Source: Thermoplasmata archaeon
Lineage (GTDB): Archaea; Thermoplasmatota; Thermoplasmata; Sysuiplasmatales; Sysuiplasmataceae
DNA: 64,000 bases
Direction: 5' to 3'
NCBI GenBank assembly: GCA_021806165.1
Contig: JAJZXY010000004.1
Coordinates: forward strand, 65,595-129,594
Below the pieces are notes generated by a model that worked only from the letters and a program-made list of their open reading frames with translations, did not search any database and was not told where the DNA came from. The position numbers and the translations under genes were made by a program. Shown in pieces: positions 47,821 through 57,977 of this stretch (its first letter is position 1; every line of letters begins with the position of its first letter).

Positions 47821-49032
47821 ATGACGCAGAACGTTGCAGAAAATGAAGCGCGCAAATCCGGTAAAGAGGGCATGGACGTCTATCGTGTGGAAATCAATTA
47901 CAGGGGCATATTCCAGAAGAGGCTCGGGTACAACATCTCACATGGCATTGTCTACGCCGCGCACTCTGAGGGGAAGACCGCCTTTTCCAACGGGAGGTAC
48001 AGTGATGATCCTCAGAGGAATGGTATACCTTGCGCAAACTTTGCCATCGTTTCGGGCAGCCTGGGAGAGGAGGAGCTTGAAGCGATCGCAAGTGCGAAGA
48101 TGGACGTCGATGAGGCAGACGTAGTGCTTGTCCTTGACGACACAATGGCAAAAGGACTGGAGCCATGGGGACACTACGGCATCAGGCCGATAAACCAGAA
48201 GGTGGTTGAGGGCGGCACCATACTGTTCGTGTCAAGAAGAAAGCCGGCGGAACTGGCGAAGCTCATGGAAAGAAGGCCATTCACTTACAGGCTGGCGGTT
48301 CTTCCCGGAGACCGGAGTTTTGCCGGGCTCTGGTACCAGAGGGATGACAATACAGACATCCGCGTCCTGGCCGCAGTAGCCAGGGTGGCGCCTCATATCG
48401 TGGACATGGAGAGCGTGGTGAGGTACATCAGGGGGAAATTCAATGACGAGAAGAGAGTGGAAGCAGCAAGGGAGGCATACGACTCCGTGGCTGTCAGCGA
48501 GGTTTCTCCGGATGACGGGATGGTATGGCCATATGAGAAGCCCGCACTTCCGGCATGGCAGGATTTTGACGAGGGCATGGCCGTCAAGAGCGTAAAACGC
48601 GGCTTCAAGATGGGTCCCAGGGGGCAGAACAGGAATCCCGATTTCAGGAGGGGAACCAGCAGATCACAGAGGCCAGTGATTCGTTTTGACACATGCATCA
48701 AGTGCACACTGTGCTGGTACGACTGCCCTGACGAATGCTTCGATCCAACAACTGACGGCCTGTTTGATGTCAATTACGAGTACTGCACAGGCTGCGGCAG
48801 GTGTGCGCAGGTCTGCCCGGTTGACGACTGCATAGTGATGGTTGATGAACTGAAGTTCGACAGCAACAGCAGTCCCTGGGAGGATTACACCGTGGATCCC
48901 GAGGAATATGTGAGGAGAATGGAGGAAATAAAGGGACTGTCAAGGGAGGTGCCCTCGCCTGTGACAGGCATGGGTGAGCGCATACTGGAGCGGAAGGAAA
49001 GCGTGCCTTTCAAGCCGAAGGGGGGAAAGTAA
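47821..49032 (+). CDS. 2-oxoacid:ferredoxin oxidoreductase gamma-delta fusion subunit (OOR-delta-like)
   Basis: N-terminal gamma domain plus two CxxCxxCxxxCP motifs (CIKCTLCWYDCP, CTGCGRCAQVCP). Confidence 0.88.
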   Translation: MTQNVAENEARKSGKEGMDVYRVEINYRGIFQKRLGYNISHGIVYAAHSEGKTAFSNGRYSDDPQRNGIPCANFAIVSGSLGEEELEAIASAKMDVDEADVVLVLDDTMAKGLEPWGHYGIRPINQKVVEGGTILFVSRRKPAELAKLMERRPFTYRLAVLPGDRSFAGLWYQRDDNTDIRVLAAVARVAPHIVDMESVVRYIRGKFNDEKRVEAAREAYDSVAVSEVSPDDGMVWPYEKPALPAWQDFDEGMAVKSVKRGFKMGPRGQNRNPDFRRGTSRSQRPVIRFDTCIKCTLCWYDCPDECFDPTTDGLFDVNYEYCTGCGRCAQVCPVDDCIVMVDELKFDSNSSPWEDYTVDPEEYVRRMEEIKGLSREVPSPVTGMGERILERKESVPFKPKGGK

Positions 49033-50280
49033 ATGGCCGCCGGTCTGAAAGAGGAGAAGGTATACGAACGGGAGGAGCTGGCTTCAGGGACGGACGGGGT
49101 GGCCCAGGCGGTCCGCCTTGCGGACGTTGACGTATTCGCCGCGTATCCAATCCGCCCGTATACAGGAGTGATGGACCGCCTGGCGAAGTTCATTGCTGAC
49201 GGCAAGTTTGACGCGGAGTACATCATTGCCGACGGAGAACATTCCCAGTTTGAGATAGGGAAGCACGCTTCCTCTGTAGGGGCCCGTTCATTCGTGGGCA
49301 GCAGCGGAACCGGGTGGCTGTATGCGATGGAGGCTCTGGCGACCACTGCAACCGACAGGCTGCCCGTGGTTGCACTCGTCGGCAACAGGGCGCTGGACGA
49401 TCCAGGCGCTTTCGGAGTCGAACATAATGACGCGATGCTTGTCAGGGACCTGGGATGGCTTGTCGTCTGGGCCTCGACCGCGCAGGAAGCGCTTGACACC
49501 ACACTGGTGGCTTACCGTGTCGCTGAAGACCCGTCTGTAATGATGCCATGCGCAGTTGCAATGGACGGCGGGTATCTGACGCATTCTGAACACATCATAA
49601 AGGTTCCGACAAAGGAGGCAGTTTCCAGATTCCTCCCCAGGTACAGCCTTGGCAGGAGGGTGATGCATCCGGACAACCCCGTTTCAATAGCCCCCCAGAT
49701 CAACGAGGACTGGTGCATGGAGATCAGGAGGCAGAACTGGGAGGCGGCGAAGAGGGCGAAGCAGGTCATCTACCAGGCATACAGGGAGTTCAACAGCGTC
49801 TTTGGCTCAAAGTACACAAACCCCTTCTTTGACGAGTACATGACCTCCGACGCCGATACAGTCGTGATAGGCATGGGCACTGTGTCTTCGGCAGCCAAGG
49901 TGGCTGTGAGCCGGCTCAGGGAGAAGGGCGAGAAGGTGGGTTTCATCAAGCTCAGATGGTTCAGGCCATTCCCTACGGAGGAGCTCAGGAAGACACTTTC
50001 GGCAGCGAAAAGGGTCACAGTGATAGACAGGGATTTCGCTCACGGTGGACCGGATGATGGCGGCGTCCTCTACAATGAGGTCAGGGCAGCTCTCTACGAC
50101 TCTGCCAACAGGCCAAAGGTCGTGGACTTCATAGCCGGGCTTGGCGGGCGCGAGATATCCATAGAGGATGTGACAAAGATGGTGGAACTGACCTCGAGCA
50201 GCACTATGGATGAGAAGATCCACTGGATAGGCCTCAGAGAGGGTACGAAGGGAGCAGCAGTCGAAAACAGGAGGCAGTAA
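49033..50280 (+). CDS. 2-oxoacid:ferredoxin oxidoreductase alpha subunit (OOR-like, YPIRP)
   Basis: AYPIRPYTG, GEHS, FRPFP, GLGG. Confidence 0.9.
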   Translation: MAAGLKEEKVYEREELASGTDGVAQAVRLADVDVFAAYPIRPYTGVMDRLAKFIADGKFDAEYIIADGEHSQFEIGKHASSVGARSFVGSSGTGWLYAMEALATTATDRLPVVALVGNRALDDPGAFGVEHNDAMLVRDLGWLVVWASTAQEALDTTLVAYRVAEDPSVMMPCAVAMDGGYLTHSEHIIKVPTKEAVSRFLPRYSLGRRVMHPDNPVSIAPQINEDWCMEIRRQNWEAAKRAKQVIYQAYREFNSVFGSKYTNPFFDEYMTSDADTVVIGMGTVSSAAKVAVSRLREKGEKVGFIKLRWFRPFPTEELRKTLSAAKRVTVIDRDFAHGGPDDGGVLYNEVRAALYDSANRPKVVDFIAGLGGREISIEDVTKMVELTSSSTMDEKIHWIGLREGTKGAAVENRRQ

Positions 50281-50281
50281 T

Positions 50282-51286
50282 ATGTCAGAATCAAATGAAG
50301 GCGGGAAGGAATTTGGCAATGCAAAACTCTACACAAGTGTTCACGGCATAGACCTGGAGGAATTCTATTCTTCGGGCCACAGGACATGCCAGGGGTGCGA
50401 GTCAGCGCTTGTCATGCGTGACTTCATCAAGGCAGCTGGGCCCAGGACTGTTGTGACCGGGGCTACCGGATGCATGTACGTAGCCAATACCAGCTACATG
50501 ACAACGCCGTGGGTTGTCCCGTGGATGCACACCCAGCTCGGCGCCGGCGGGGCCTCGGCGGTTGGAATGGCCGCGGGACTTCGCGCGCTGATGAGAAAAG
50601 GCAAGATCAGGGATGAGAAGATAAACGTGATCAACTTCTCCGGGGACCTTGGCGGTGGAGACATGGGGCTGGGCGGTATTTCCGGTGCCCTGAACTCAGA
50701 CTATGACCTGCTTGTCATAATCTACGACAACGAGTCTGCGGCAAACACGGATATCCAGGCCACCAACCTGACACCCTACGGTGCCCAGACGACATTCAGC
50801 CCTACTGGGTCGGCGAGGAGGATTATGCACACGAAGTGGAAGAAGAACGTTGCGGCGATGATGGCTGTGGGCCATCCCAACTGCAGATACGTTGCCACCG
50901 CCTGCGCCACCTGGCCGCCCATGGATTACATGAACAAGGTGAAGAAGGCGCTGAGCTCCGGAGGCCCGACGCTCATACACACGCTGGACCCCTGCCCGAA
51001 GGGATGGGACTACCACCCGCGCTATTCGGGGGAACTGGGGCAGCTTGCCATAAAGACGGGCATATTCCCGCTGTATGAGATCGTCAGGGGGGAGGTCAGG
51101 TACACCTATGACGCAAGGAAGCAGAAGCGCACGCCTGTCAGGGAATACATCGAGAAGCAGGGGCGGTTCACCCATTTCATCGAGGAGGACTTTGAGCTTG
51201 TCCAGGCGAGGGTTGATGAGATGTGGAATGACTGGGAGATACCGGGAGTGGCGCCCGTGAAGGGCATACTGAAGCTGGCAGACTAG
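50282..51286 (+). CDS. 2-oxoacid:ferredoxin oxidoreductase beta (ThDP-binding) subunit
   Basis: GHRTCQGC, TGCMYVANTSY, GDLG...YDNE, PCPKGW. Confidence 0.9.
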   Translation: MSESNEGGKEFGNAKLYTSVHGIDLEEFYSSGHRTCQGCESALVMRDFIKAAGPRTVVTGATGCMYVANTSYMTTPWVVPWMHTQLGAGGASAVGMAAGLRALMRKGKIRDEKINVINFSGDLGGGDMGLGGISGALNSDYDLLVIIYDNESAANTDIQATNLTPYGAQTTFSPTGSARRIMHTKWKKNVAAMMAVGHPNCRYVATACATWPPMDYMNKVKKALSSGGPTLIHTLDPCPKGWDYHPRYSGELGQLAIKTGIFPLYEIVRGEVRYTYDARKQKRTPVREYIEKQGRFTHFIEEDFELVQARVDEMWNDWEIPGVAPVKGILKLAD

Positions 51287-51349
51287 GCCAGCTTCAGTCT
51301 TCTGCTCACCGCTCCAAACCACTTACCTGTTTTTCAGGGCCTGGATGAT

Positions 51350-53344
51350 TCATTCATTCCCCGGGCCGTTGCCCTCAAGATCGAACTGTTTCACAGTATA
51401 GTTGCGGGGGCTTGAAAATGGCCTGAAATACTTCCCGTTTCCCTTGTAGAACTTGGAGAAGAACTCCACATAGATCAGCCTTGCGCCCTGTATTCCCGGC
51501 TCAAACACAGCGATTATCAGGTTGAACAGCTGCCCGACGACAAGAATGACGACCCCGACCACTGCCAGGAGGGGGGACTTGGCCACACCCTTGAGGAATA
51601 TGATGTCAATGACCTCTGCCAGGATCACTGAAGCAAGCAATATTCCGACTATCCTTGTGTATGACAGAATGTGGCTGATGATCGAGGGGAGTTCCATTGC
51701 GCCCATCGTCCCCTCCGAGGCGAATATAGTAACCACCCCGGCCACCAGCATGGCTATGGAGGCAAGGCCCGAGACGGAGCCTGTTATTGAAGCGTGATGT
51801 ATCAGCCCAAGGCCGAGCATGGATATTCCCCAGGCAAAGAGGAGCCAGCCTATCTTGCCCGCTATTCCCCTCCTGTGCCCCTTCGTGTACTCGTTGTATG
51901 CACCCAGCACAAGTCCCAGGGAGACAAGCGAGAGGCCGAAGTAACCCGTAAAGAGGAGCAGCTTCCCGACACCGGCATCGAAGACCGTGGAGGAGGTTAC
52001 CAGCGAGAGGGAGGAGCCTGCAAGCCCCATGTCAAGGACTGTGACAGGCAGCACCGAGAAGCCGAAGAACTCGTTGAAAAGCAGTCCTGCAACTATGGCT
52101 ATTATGGAGGAAGGTATCAGGGCCTTTGCGAGCGTCCTCAGCGCACTGGGTCCCATGATCATCAGGACAAACCCCGACAGCATCTTCGGTATGTGGCTCT
52201 TCCTCACGGGATGGTCTATGCGATGGATTATGAACAGTGATATGAGCAGAATGGCAAGCCCGTAGCCCCAGTCACCTACCATTATGCCGAAGAAGAACGG
52301 GAAGACAAGTGCGAACACCAGTGTGGGGTCAACCTCGTATTCCTGTGGCAGTGAATAGAACCTGATGAAGAACTCAAAGAGCTTCACCCCTCTGGGATTC
52401 TTCAGAAGCGTCGGAGGCTGCTCCTCGGTCTTGACCACCGATACAATGACATTGCCTCCTGTTATGTTTTCCAGCATGTCCACAAGCATCTTGTGGTACC
52501 TCGCCGGCAGCCAACCCTCAAGTGCAAAACTGTCCCTTGTTGAAGCCAGCTTCTCAGATACCTCGAACTTCCTGGACTCGATCTCAAGCTGCTCCCTTAT
52601 CTGGGCAACAGGCGCAAACCACTTTTCAGAGAGTTCGACAAGCCTGGTCCGTATGTCCGCGAGCTCTCCCTGCAGCTTCGTTATGCTCGAGCGCGATTCC
52701 TCGATGAATGCGTCCGGCCTCCCCGACATCTGGGGGACAGCCACTATCAGGAATCCGCGCTCGTTTGAAAGCCTTGCCAGATCGGAGTCCTTTCCAGCAG
52801 GCACGGATACAAGGAAATAATTGTTGTGCAGATCTGCGCATACCGCATCCGGAATGCTGCCAATCACGGAAGAGCGTATGTCAGAGCCTTCCTGCTTTTT
52901 CGCAAGGAAGGAGAGTATAAGCCTCCCGGAGTAAATTGAAAGGTCCTGCCCCGCGGGCGCCAGTGCTTCGGCAATCCTGATCTTCTCCCCTATCTCCCTC
53001 AGCTCGGTCGAAATTGCAGCATCCCTCTCCTTCAGCTGCTTGAGCTCCGGCTCTATGTTGACCTGCGAAGCCGCCTCAAGAAGTTCCTCAAGCGACTTGA
53101 AATACTTTCTTTCAGCCTGCCTCCTGGGCAGTATTGCCTCCATGCCCCTGAACCTGAGCAGCTCGGAGCTGAGCTTCTCGTAGCTGCGTGAAGCTGTCCC
53201 CTTTTCCATCAGGCCTGCTATGTCACCGCTTACATCTTCCAGCTGCATGACTCCCGCATCATGAAGGGCGGAAACCACAAGGCTGCGCTTCGAGTTGGCC
53301 CCTATTATGCGTATCCTAACGATCTTCTCAGGTTTGAGCGCCAT
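51350..53344 (-). CDS. atpI: A/V-type ATP synthase subunit I (a)
   Basis: PPTLLKNP, FFGIMVGDWGYG, LSYTRI, RLIYVEFFSKFY. Confidence 0.95.
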   Translation of the reverse strand: MALKPEKIVRIRIIGANSKRSLVVSALHDAGVMQLEDVSGDIAGLMEKGTASRSYEKLSSELLRFRGMEAILPRRQAERKYFKSLEELLEAASQVNIEPELKQLKERDAAISTELREIGEKIRIAEALAPAGQDLSIYSGRLILSFLAKKQEGSDIRSSVIGSIPDAVCADLHNNYFLVSVPAGKDSDLARLSNERGFLIVAVPQMSGRPDAFIEESRSSITKLQGELADIRTRLVELSEKWFAPVAQIREQLEIESRKFEVSEKLASTRDSFALEGWLPARYHKMLVDMLENITGGNVIVSVVKTEEQPPTLLKNPRGVKLFEFFIRFYSLPQEYEVDPTLVFALVFPFFFGIMVGDWGYGLAILLISLFIIHRIDHPVRKSHIPKMLSGFVLMIMGPSALRTLAKALIPSSIIAIVAGLLFNEFFGFSVLPVTVLDMGLAGSSLSLVTSSTVFDAGVGKLLLFTGYFGLSLVSLGLVLGAYNEYTKGHRRGIAGKIGWLLFAWGISMLGLGLIHHASITGSVSGLASIAMLVAGVVTIFASEGTMGAMELPSIISHILSYTRIVGILLASVILAEVIDIIFLKGVAKSPLLAVVGVVILVVGQLFNLIIAVFEPGIQGARLIYVEFFSKFYKGNGKYFRPFSSPRNYTVKQFDLEGNGPGNE

Positions 53345-53348
53345 CCCA

Positions 53349-53672
53349 CTATTCCTCTAGGTATTCGCGTATGAGCCTGTTCACCATCTCTTCCAGCTGT
53401 GCTGCGGTTATCTTCAGTTTCATTCCGGAAGCTTCCTTCCGGGCGCTTTCCACAATCTCGTCACATTTGACCCTGACATCCCCGCGCACCTTCTCCAGAG
53501 CATCCAGGTAATTGCGCTGGGCCTCTTCCCTGGCAGCTTCCAGGGAGGCCGAGAGCTCACTCTTCCTCTGTTCAAGCATCTCCTCCTGCTTCTGGGCGAA
53601 ATCCCTGATTTCTGCCTCTACAGACTCTTCCTTCTCCTTGATTGCTCTAAGCGCATCTATATCGCCGGTCAT
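53349..53672 (-). CDS. atpH: A/V-type ATP synthase subunit H (G-like peripheral stalk)
   Basis: 107-aa charged coiled coil preceding atpI. Confidence 0.75.
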   Translation of the reverse strand: MTGDIDALRAIKEKEESVEAEIRDFAQKQEEMLEQRKSELSASLEAAREEAQRNYLDALEKVRGDVRVKCDEIVESARKEASGMKLKITAAQLEEMVNRLIREYLEE

Positions 53673-53855
53673 TCAGATCACTCCGGAAATGAAGAGAGCC
53701 AGCACAACCACAACAACAGCAATGTTGAGCGTGTATACAAGCCTCCGTACAAGCATGAACCTGCGCAGGGGGCGGTTTCCCCTGATCATGTCGGGTGTGA
53801 TGGCAACCTCCTTCACGAAATGCTTTGCCTTGTACCTGTGCCTAGGCTGATACAT
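53673..53855 (-). CDS. Unknown 60-aa basic protein with one C-terminal TM, inside the ATP synthase operon
   Basis: ATG 53855 follows GGAGG, overlaps the atpD end, and its stop abuts the atpH ATG. Confidence 0.65.
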   Translation of the reverse strand: MYQPRHRYKAKHFVKEVAITPDMIRGNRPLRRFMLVRRLVYTLNIAVVVVVLALFISGVI

Positions 53856-54498
53856 CTGCCGCCTCCTGGCTGTCACGCTGTACCATCTTCCTCTTGATTA
53901 CCTTCAGCGTGGTGAAAGTATCTCTCTCAATCTCGTCCAGGCGCATCCTGATCTGCTTTGCGGAATATGTCAGCTGCGGGATGAGAATGTTCTCAATCGC
54001 ATTCGACCTTCTCTTCGTCTTGTCGATTTCCTGCAGCAGCCTTCTCATAGAATTCTCCTTTTCGGCAATTTCCAGCATCGAGGAGAGCACCTTTTCAAAC
54101 TTCCTTATGGCGTCGTTTACGGGTGCGCTGACTGCTGTGGCGCGATACTCGGGGCTCAGCACCGACCGCCCCTCGCTGATGCTCAGCTCGGGGACCCTCA
54201 CACCCATCACGTTCTTTGCACCTACGCCGACATTGGAGCTGGATGACATCTGCGCGACCCTCTCAAGCTCCATCGCCCCGCTCATTACCTCGGCAAGCTT
54301 CAGCGTCCCTATGGCCCTGCCGATGTCCTCCCTCAGGTTCTCCCTCAGTCCCCTTATCTTCCTGCTGATGTTGAAAAACTCCATGACGAGGGCGTTGCGC
54401 TTCATCTTCAACAGATCAAGTCCCCTCTTTGCGAGCTTTATTCGTCTGTTGGTCCTGATCAGTTCGATCCTTGTGGGCTTGATCTGCTGTGCAGGCAC
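53842..54498 (-). CDS. atpD: A/V-type ATP synthase subunit D
   Basis: KPTRIEL, RGLDLLKMKR, NVMGV, TKRRSNAIE. Confidence 0.95.
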   Translation of the reverse strand: MPAQQIKPTRIELIRTNRRIKLAKRGLDLLKMKRNALVMEFFNISRKIRGLRENLREDIGRAIGTLKLAEVMSGAMELERVAQMSSSSNVGVGAKNVMGVRVPELSISEGRSVLSPEYRATAVSAPVNDAIRKFEKVLSSMLEIAEKENSMRRLLQEIDKTKRRSNAIENILIPQLTYSAKQIRMRLDEIERDTFTTLKVIKRKMVQRDSQEAADVSA

Positions 54499-55880
54499 TA
54501 CTCCTTCCTCCACTTCCCGTACTTGTCGATGAATTCCTTCTTGACCCTCTTCATTTCCGACTGAGGCAGAATGCTTAGCAGCTCCCAGCCAAGGTCGAGC
54601 GTTGTCTCGATGCTCCTGTCCTCGTAGACCCCCTGCTTGACAAACCTGCTTTCAAACTCATCCGCGAACTTGAGGTAAAGCCTGTCGCTGGCACCGAGGG
54701 CCTCCTCGCCGACGATTGCACTCAGCGACCTGAGGTCCTTGCCGTTTGCGTATGCGGAATACAACTGGTCGGCTGTTCCCCTGTGGTCTTCCCTGGTCCT
54801 GCCCTTGCCTATTCCCTGGTTCATGAGCCTGGAGAGTGAAGGGAGCACATCTATGCCGGGATAGATGCCCTTCCTCTGCAGGTCACGGCTCAGGACAGTC
54901 TGCCCCTCGGTTATGTAGCCCGTGAGGTCAGGTATCGGGTGTGTGATGTCGTCTCCCGGCATGGTAAGAATAGGTATCTGGGTTATGGAACCGTTCTTTC
55001 CCCTGATCTTCCCGGCCCTCTCGTATATCGTGCTGAGGTCGGTGTACATGTATCCCGGATATCCCCTTCTGCCCGGAACCTCCTCCCTGGCCGAGGATAT
55101 CTCCCTGAGCGCCTCGCAGTAGTTTGTCATGTCCGACAGAATGACAAGTATGTGCATCTCCCTTTCATAAGCGAGGTACTCGGCCGTAGTTAGCGCGACC
55201 TTTGGAAGCATTATCCTTTCCATCGAAGGGTCTGATGAAAGATTCAGGAACAGGACGGCCCTTGAGAGTGCGCCCGTATTCCTGAATTCATTAATGAAGA
55301 AATTCGCCTCCTCGCTCGTAATGCCCATCGCGCCGAATATGACGGCGAAGTTCTCCCCCTTGCCAAGCACCTTTGCCTGTCTTGCAATCTGTGCGGCAAG
55401 CATGTTGTGTGCCAGACCAGAGCCTGAGAATATCGGAAGTTTCTGTCCCCTGACGAGTGTGTTCATTCCGTCTATCGTCGATATGCCTGTCTCTATGAAT
55501 TCGGAAGGTTCCTCCCTGGAGTAGGGGTTTATCGCGTTGCCCACGATCTCCACCCTTTCCTTGCTTATCAGCGAAGGGCCGCCGTCGGAAGGCTCGCCAA
55601 GACCGTTGAATATCCTTCCGAGCATCTCGTCCGATACTGTGATCCTTGCCGTGCTCCCCGAGAACTTCACCCTGGTCTTGCCGATATCCATCCCGGAAGT
55701 GGGACCGAACACCTGTACTACGGCAAGACCCTTGCTTGTGTCAAGGACCTGGCCTGTCCTTGTAGTGCCGTCGGGAGTGCTGATCTCCACAAGCTCGTTG
55801 TAAGCGGCATTTCCAACCTTTTCGACAAACAGAAGAGGGCCCGTTATCTGTGAAATAGACTTGTAGCTTATTCCAGGCAT
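54498..55880 (-). CDS. atpB: A/V-type ATP synthase subunit B
   Basis: [50 protein letters not shown]. Confidence 0.97.
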   Translation of the reverse strand: MPGISYKSISQITGPLLFVEKVGNAAYNELVEISTPDGTTRTGQVLDTSKGLAVVQVFGPTSGMDIGKTRVKFSGSTARITVSDEMLGRIFNGLGEPSDGGPSLISKERVEIVGNAINPYSREEPSEFIETGISTIDGMNTLVRGQKLPIFSGSGLAHNMLAAQIARQAKVLGKGENFAVIFGAMGITSEEANFFINEFRNTGALSRAVLFLNLSSDPSMERIMLPKVALTTAEYLAYEREMHILVILSDMTNYCEALREISSAREEVPGRRGYPGYMYTDLSTIYERAGKIRGKNGSITQIPILTMPGDDITHPIPDLTGYITEGQTVLSRDLQRKGIYPGIDVLPSLSRLMNQGIGKGRTREDHRGTADQLYSAYANGKDLRSLSAIVGEEALGASDRLYLKFADEFESRFVKQGVYEDRSIETTLDLGWELLSILPQSEMKRVKKEFIDKYGKWRKE

Positions 55881-55882
55881 GT

Positions 55883-57646
55883 TCAAGCACCTACCATTTC
55901 CGCACCGGCAGTCTTCAGCTGCTCCCTTATCTCCTCAAGAAGGCCCGAAAAGAATTTCTCCACGTCCTCCTCCTTTGTCTCCTTCATCCTTGATATTTTC
56001 TCCCTGACAGGAAGTGATGAGAGCTGTTCCATCGTGGCTCCCCTCTCCAGCGCGTCGTTCTGCAGCCTCCCCATCTCCATGATGGCGTTAAGCATACCGA
56101 ACTGCTTTGCCGGGGAGCAGTATGAGTCGACTTCATCGAAGGCGCTCTGCTGCAGGAAATCCTCCCTTATCATCCTCGCTATGTCCAGCACCGCCTTCTC
56201 CTTCTCTGGAAGGGCGTCATATCCGACAAGCTGGACAACCTCCTGAAGCTCGGCCTCCTTCTGCAGTATCGCCATTGCCTCCGAATAGGCAGCCCCCCAC
56301 CCCTTGGACACATTGTCCTCGAACCATTTTTCCAGCTCGCCCTGGTAGAGGGAATAGCTGTTCAGCCAGTTTATCGATGGGAAGTGCCTCCTGGAGGCAA
56401 GGGAGGAATCCAGTGCCCAGAAGACCCTTGTGACCCTCAGTGTGTTTTGCGATACAGGCTCGGACACATCGCCGCCCGGCGGGGAAACAGCTCCCACAAT
56501 TGTGACTGAACCGTACCTCTCCTCGTTCGACACAACCTTTGCGTTGCCTGAGCGCTCGTAGAATTCGGAAACCCTCCTGCCGAGATATGCGGGATAACCC
56601 TCTTCACCGGGCATTTCCTCAAGCCTGCCCGATATCTCCCTGAGAGCCTCGGCCCAGCGGGACGTGCTGTCCGCCATCAGTGCAACGTCGTAGCCCATGT
56701 CCCTGTAGTACTCCGCTATGGTGATTCCGGTGTAAATGCTCGCCTCACGGGCGGCAACAGGCATATTCGATGTATTGGCAATGAGGACCGTCCTCTCCAT
56801 AAGAGGCTTGCCGCTCTTCGGGTCCAGTAGTTCAGGGAACGTGGTAAGTATTTCAGTCATTTCATTTCCACGCTCGCCGCATCCGACGTAGACCACAATG
56901 TCGCTGTCCGCCCATTTGGAAAGCTGGTGCTGGACAACCGTCTTGCCTGAACCGAATGGACCGGGCACCGCGACCGTCCCCCCCTTTGCAACGGGGAAGA
57001 ACGTGTCGATAACCCTCTGCCCTGTTATCAGTGGAATGGTCGGGGGCAGCTTGCCCATGACCCTCCTTGCGACCCTGACAGGCCACTCCTGCTTGAGCTT
57101 CACATCCGCTGTCCCTGAAGCGGTCTTTATAACAGCGACCACGTCGTTGACCGTGAATTCGCCGTTCTTTATGCTCTCGATCTTGCCTGAAACGCCGTAT
57201 GGGACCATTACCTTGTGGGTAATCAGGGATGTCTCCTGCACTTCCCCTATTATCTGCCCCTCGGACACCTGGTCCCCCTTCGCAGCCACAGTCTTGAATT
57301 CCCATTTTGCCGACTCGTTCAGCGGGGTGGCGGAAAACCCTCTTCGAATGAAATCGCCACTCTTCTCCCTTATGATGTCCAGGGGTCTCTGGATACCGTC
57401 ATAGATGGACTTGAGCAGCCCCGGGCCAAGCTCCACCGAGAGCGGTTTGCCCACGTTCTCGACCGCCTCCCCGGGTCTTATCCCGCTTGTGTCCTCATAA
57501 ACCTGGATTGTGACGTTTTTGCCCGCAATCCTAATCACTTCACCGACGAGTCCAAGTTCACCGACCCTGACGACATCGTACATTCTGACGCCTTCCAGGT
57601 CTTCGGCTATGACCACCGGACCGGATACTCTGGCAACCTTTCCCAT
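55883..57646 (-). CDS. atpA: A/V-type ATP synthase catalytic subunit A (no intein)
   Basis: [37 protein letters not shown]. Confidence 0.97.
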   Translation of the reverse strand: MGKVARVSGPVVIAEDLEGVRMYDVVRVGELGLVGEVIRIAGKNVTIQVYEDTSGIRPGEAVENVGKPLSVELGPGLLKSIYDGIQRPLDIIREKSGDFIRRGFSATPLNESAKWEFKTVAAKGDQVSEGQIIGEVQETSLITHKVMVPYGVSGKIESIKNGEFTVNDVVAVIKTASGTADVKLKQEWPVRVARRVMGKLPPTIPLITGQRVIDTFFPVAKGGTVAVPGPFGSGKTVVQHQLSKWADSDIVVYVGCGERGNEMTEILTTFPELLDPKSGKPLMERTVLIANTSNMPVAAREASIYTGITIAEYYRDMGYDVALMADSTSRWAEALREISGRLEEMPGEEGYPAYLGRRVSEFYERSGNAKVVSNEERYGSVTIVGAVSPPGGDVSEPVSQNTLRVTRVFWALDSSLASRRHFPSINWLNSYSLYQGELEKWFEDNVSKGWGAAYSEAMAILQKEAELQEVVQLVGYDALPEKEKAVLDIARMIREDFLQQSAFDEVDSYCSPAKQFGMLNAIMEMGRLQNDALERGATMEQLSSLPVREKISRMKETKEEDVEKFFSGLLEEIREQLKTAGAEMVGA

Positions 57647-57650
57647 TTGT

Positions 57651-57977
57651 TCACCTGCCTATATCGACGCCAAGGACGCGCTTGGCAAACTTCTCAATCG
57701 ACTCTTCATCCCCTCCCCCAGGGAGCGGAACAAAAACAACCAGCGGCACAGTGGACGTTTCAATCAATTCAAGCGCCCTCCTGTCCAGATGTTTTTTCAG
57801 ATTTTCAGAAACCATGATGAATGTGAAGCTTCCGGATCTGAAGAGTTCGTTGAACTTCTCCGCCCCCTTGGCTCCCTCTCCTATGAATGTGTTTGTAACC
57901 CCCAGCAGCCTGAAGCCCAGCGTGATCTCCCGTTCTCCTATAACCGCAATGCCGCCGAAGTTCTGTCCCCCCTTCAT
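57651..57977 (-). CDS. atpF: A/V-type ATP synthase subunit F
   Basis: [24 protein letters not shown]. Confidence 0.93.
   Translation of the reverse strand: MKGGQNFGGIAVIGEREITLGFRLLGVTNTFIGEGAKGAEKFNELFRSGSFTFIMVSENLKKHLDRRALELIETSTVPLVVFVPLPGGGDEESIEKFAKRVLGVDIGR

Noticed and set aside
49030..49035. In-frame TAA-ATG junction between OFOR subunits as stop-codon recoding (Sec/Pyl)
   Set aside because: TAA is not recoded and the downstream gene has its own start; normal operon packing
55883..57646. Intein in AtpA, as found in some Thermoplasmatales
   Set aside because: The 587-aa protein is contiguous through GKT-VVQHQ; no insertion
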